A DNA stretch of 63,527 bases, filler included, from Octopus bimaculoides (lineage: Eukaryota): the NCBI RefSeq assembly GCF_001194135.2. It is 7 parts of 7 records of this genome, joined end to end, with 100 filler letters (N's around TTAATTAATTAA, not from the genome) between each part and the next. Parts side by side here need not be neighbours in the genome. Positions count along the whole stretch, not along the records: positions 62,111 to 63,527 come from NC_068999.1; 6 more parts are not named here. One strand, given 5' to 3'. The notes under the pieces are model-generated. The model worked only from the letters and a program-made list of their open reading frames with translations. It did no database searches and was not told the origin of the DNA. Below are positions 62,848-63,527 of this stretch, in pieces. Positions within the stretch are counted from its first letter, which is position 1, and the number at the start of each line of letters is the position of its first letter. The translations under genes were made by a program, and so were the position numbers.

Positions 62848-63227
62848 CTTCCATTGATAGTTGCATAGATATAAATATGCATAAGCATGTGTTTGTGTGC
62901 GTGACTTTCTATCTTAGGCTGAGAGTGGCTTTGGTGAGTGTGTGCACACAGATATACGTTCGCCCAGATATATGCGCTGCATGACTTGTAGCTTCTGCAG
63001 CAATATACGTTTATGGAACATCTTAAATGACACAAACATTCACAACATTCAGGTTGCTAGAATCACCGCAACGTAGAGAGGAATCAGACTAATCTCATAT
63101 AAGTATAAACACATACATTTATGCAAGGGCATACTCCAATGCCGACGGCCAACGAGCGACACAAATATAACGTACCACTTAAAGCACATCGCAGACCGTA
63201 CAGAATAGAAAAATCTGGCACAAGACA

Positions 63228-63290
<63 letters not shown>

Positions 63291-63328
63291 ACACACACAC
63301 GCACACACACGCACGCACATACATGCAT

Positions 63329-63527
63329 ATACTCTTTTACTCTTTTACTTATTTCATTCATTTGAGTGTGGCCATGCTGGAGCACCGCTTTTAGTCGAGT
63401 AAATCAACCCCATGACTTATTCTTTGTAAGCCTTTTGACGAACAACTAAATTACGGAGACGTAAACAACACCAGCAGCGGTTGTCAAGCGATGTTGGGGG
63501 GACAAACACAGACACACAAACAGACAC
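63329..63527 (-). mobile_element. SINE family A 3' half (continues beyond the window)
   Basis: actcttttactcttttac...ggccatgctggagcaccgc...ttgtcaagcgatg. Confidence 0.88.

Overview
Repeat-dominated animal genomic DNA from a gappy draft assembly. The SINE families, the high microsatellite density and the gap spacer point to an octopus, probably Octopus bimaculoides; this is recognition from memory, not a search result. No host protein-coding exon, tRNA or rRNA gene or CRISPR array can be supported. Most long ORFs in the track are artefacts of N-runs or microsatellites. The window contains: (i) many copies of three tRNA-headed SINE families, called A, B and C here; (ii) decayed non-LTR retrotransposons (several R4/Dong-type RLE elements sitting in (TAA)n tracts, RTE, CR1-group, L1/Tx1); (iii) a decayed mariner transposase, a mariner-derived MITE, a hAT end and a HINE/Helentron-like element; (iv) Penelope-like element (PLE) remnants. 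The most notable signals are two well-formed minimal type I hammerhead ribozyme folds on the minus strand, at 26532-26577 and 43275-43319. The second lies inside a ~352-bp direct-repeat-bounded unit with an inverted terminal duplication, which resembles a non-LTR retrozyme (circRNA-forming element). The window also shows a CR1-group LINE 3' end and a SINE 3' tail sharing a stem-loop with compensatory base changes.
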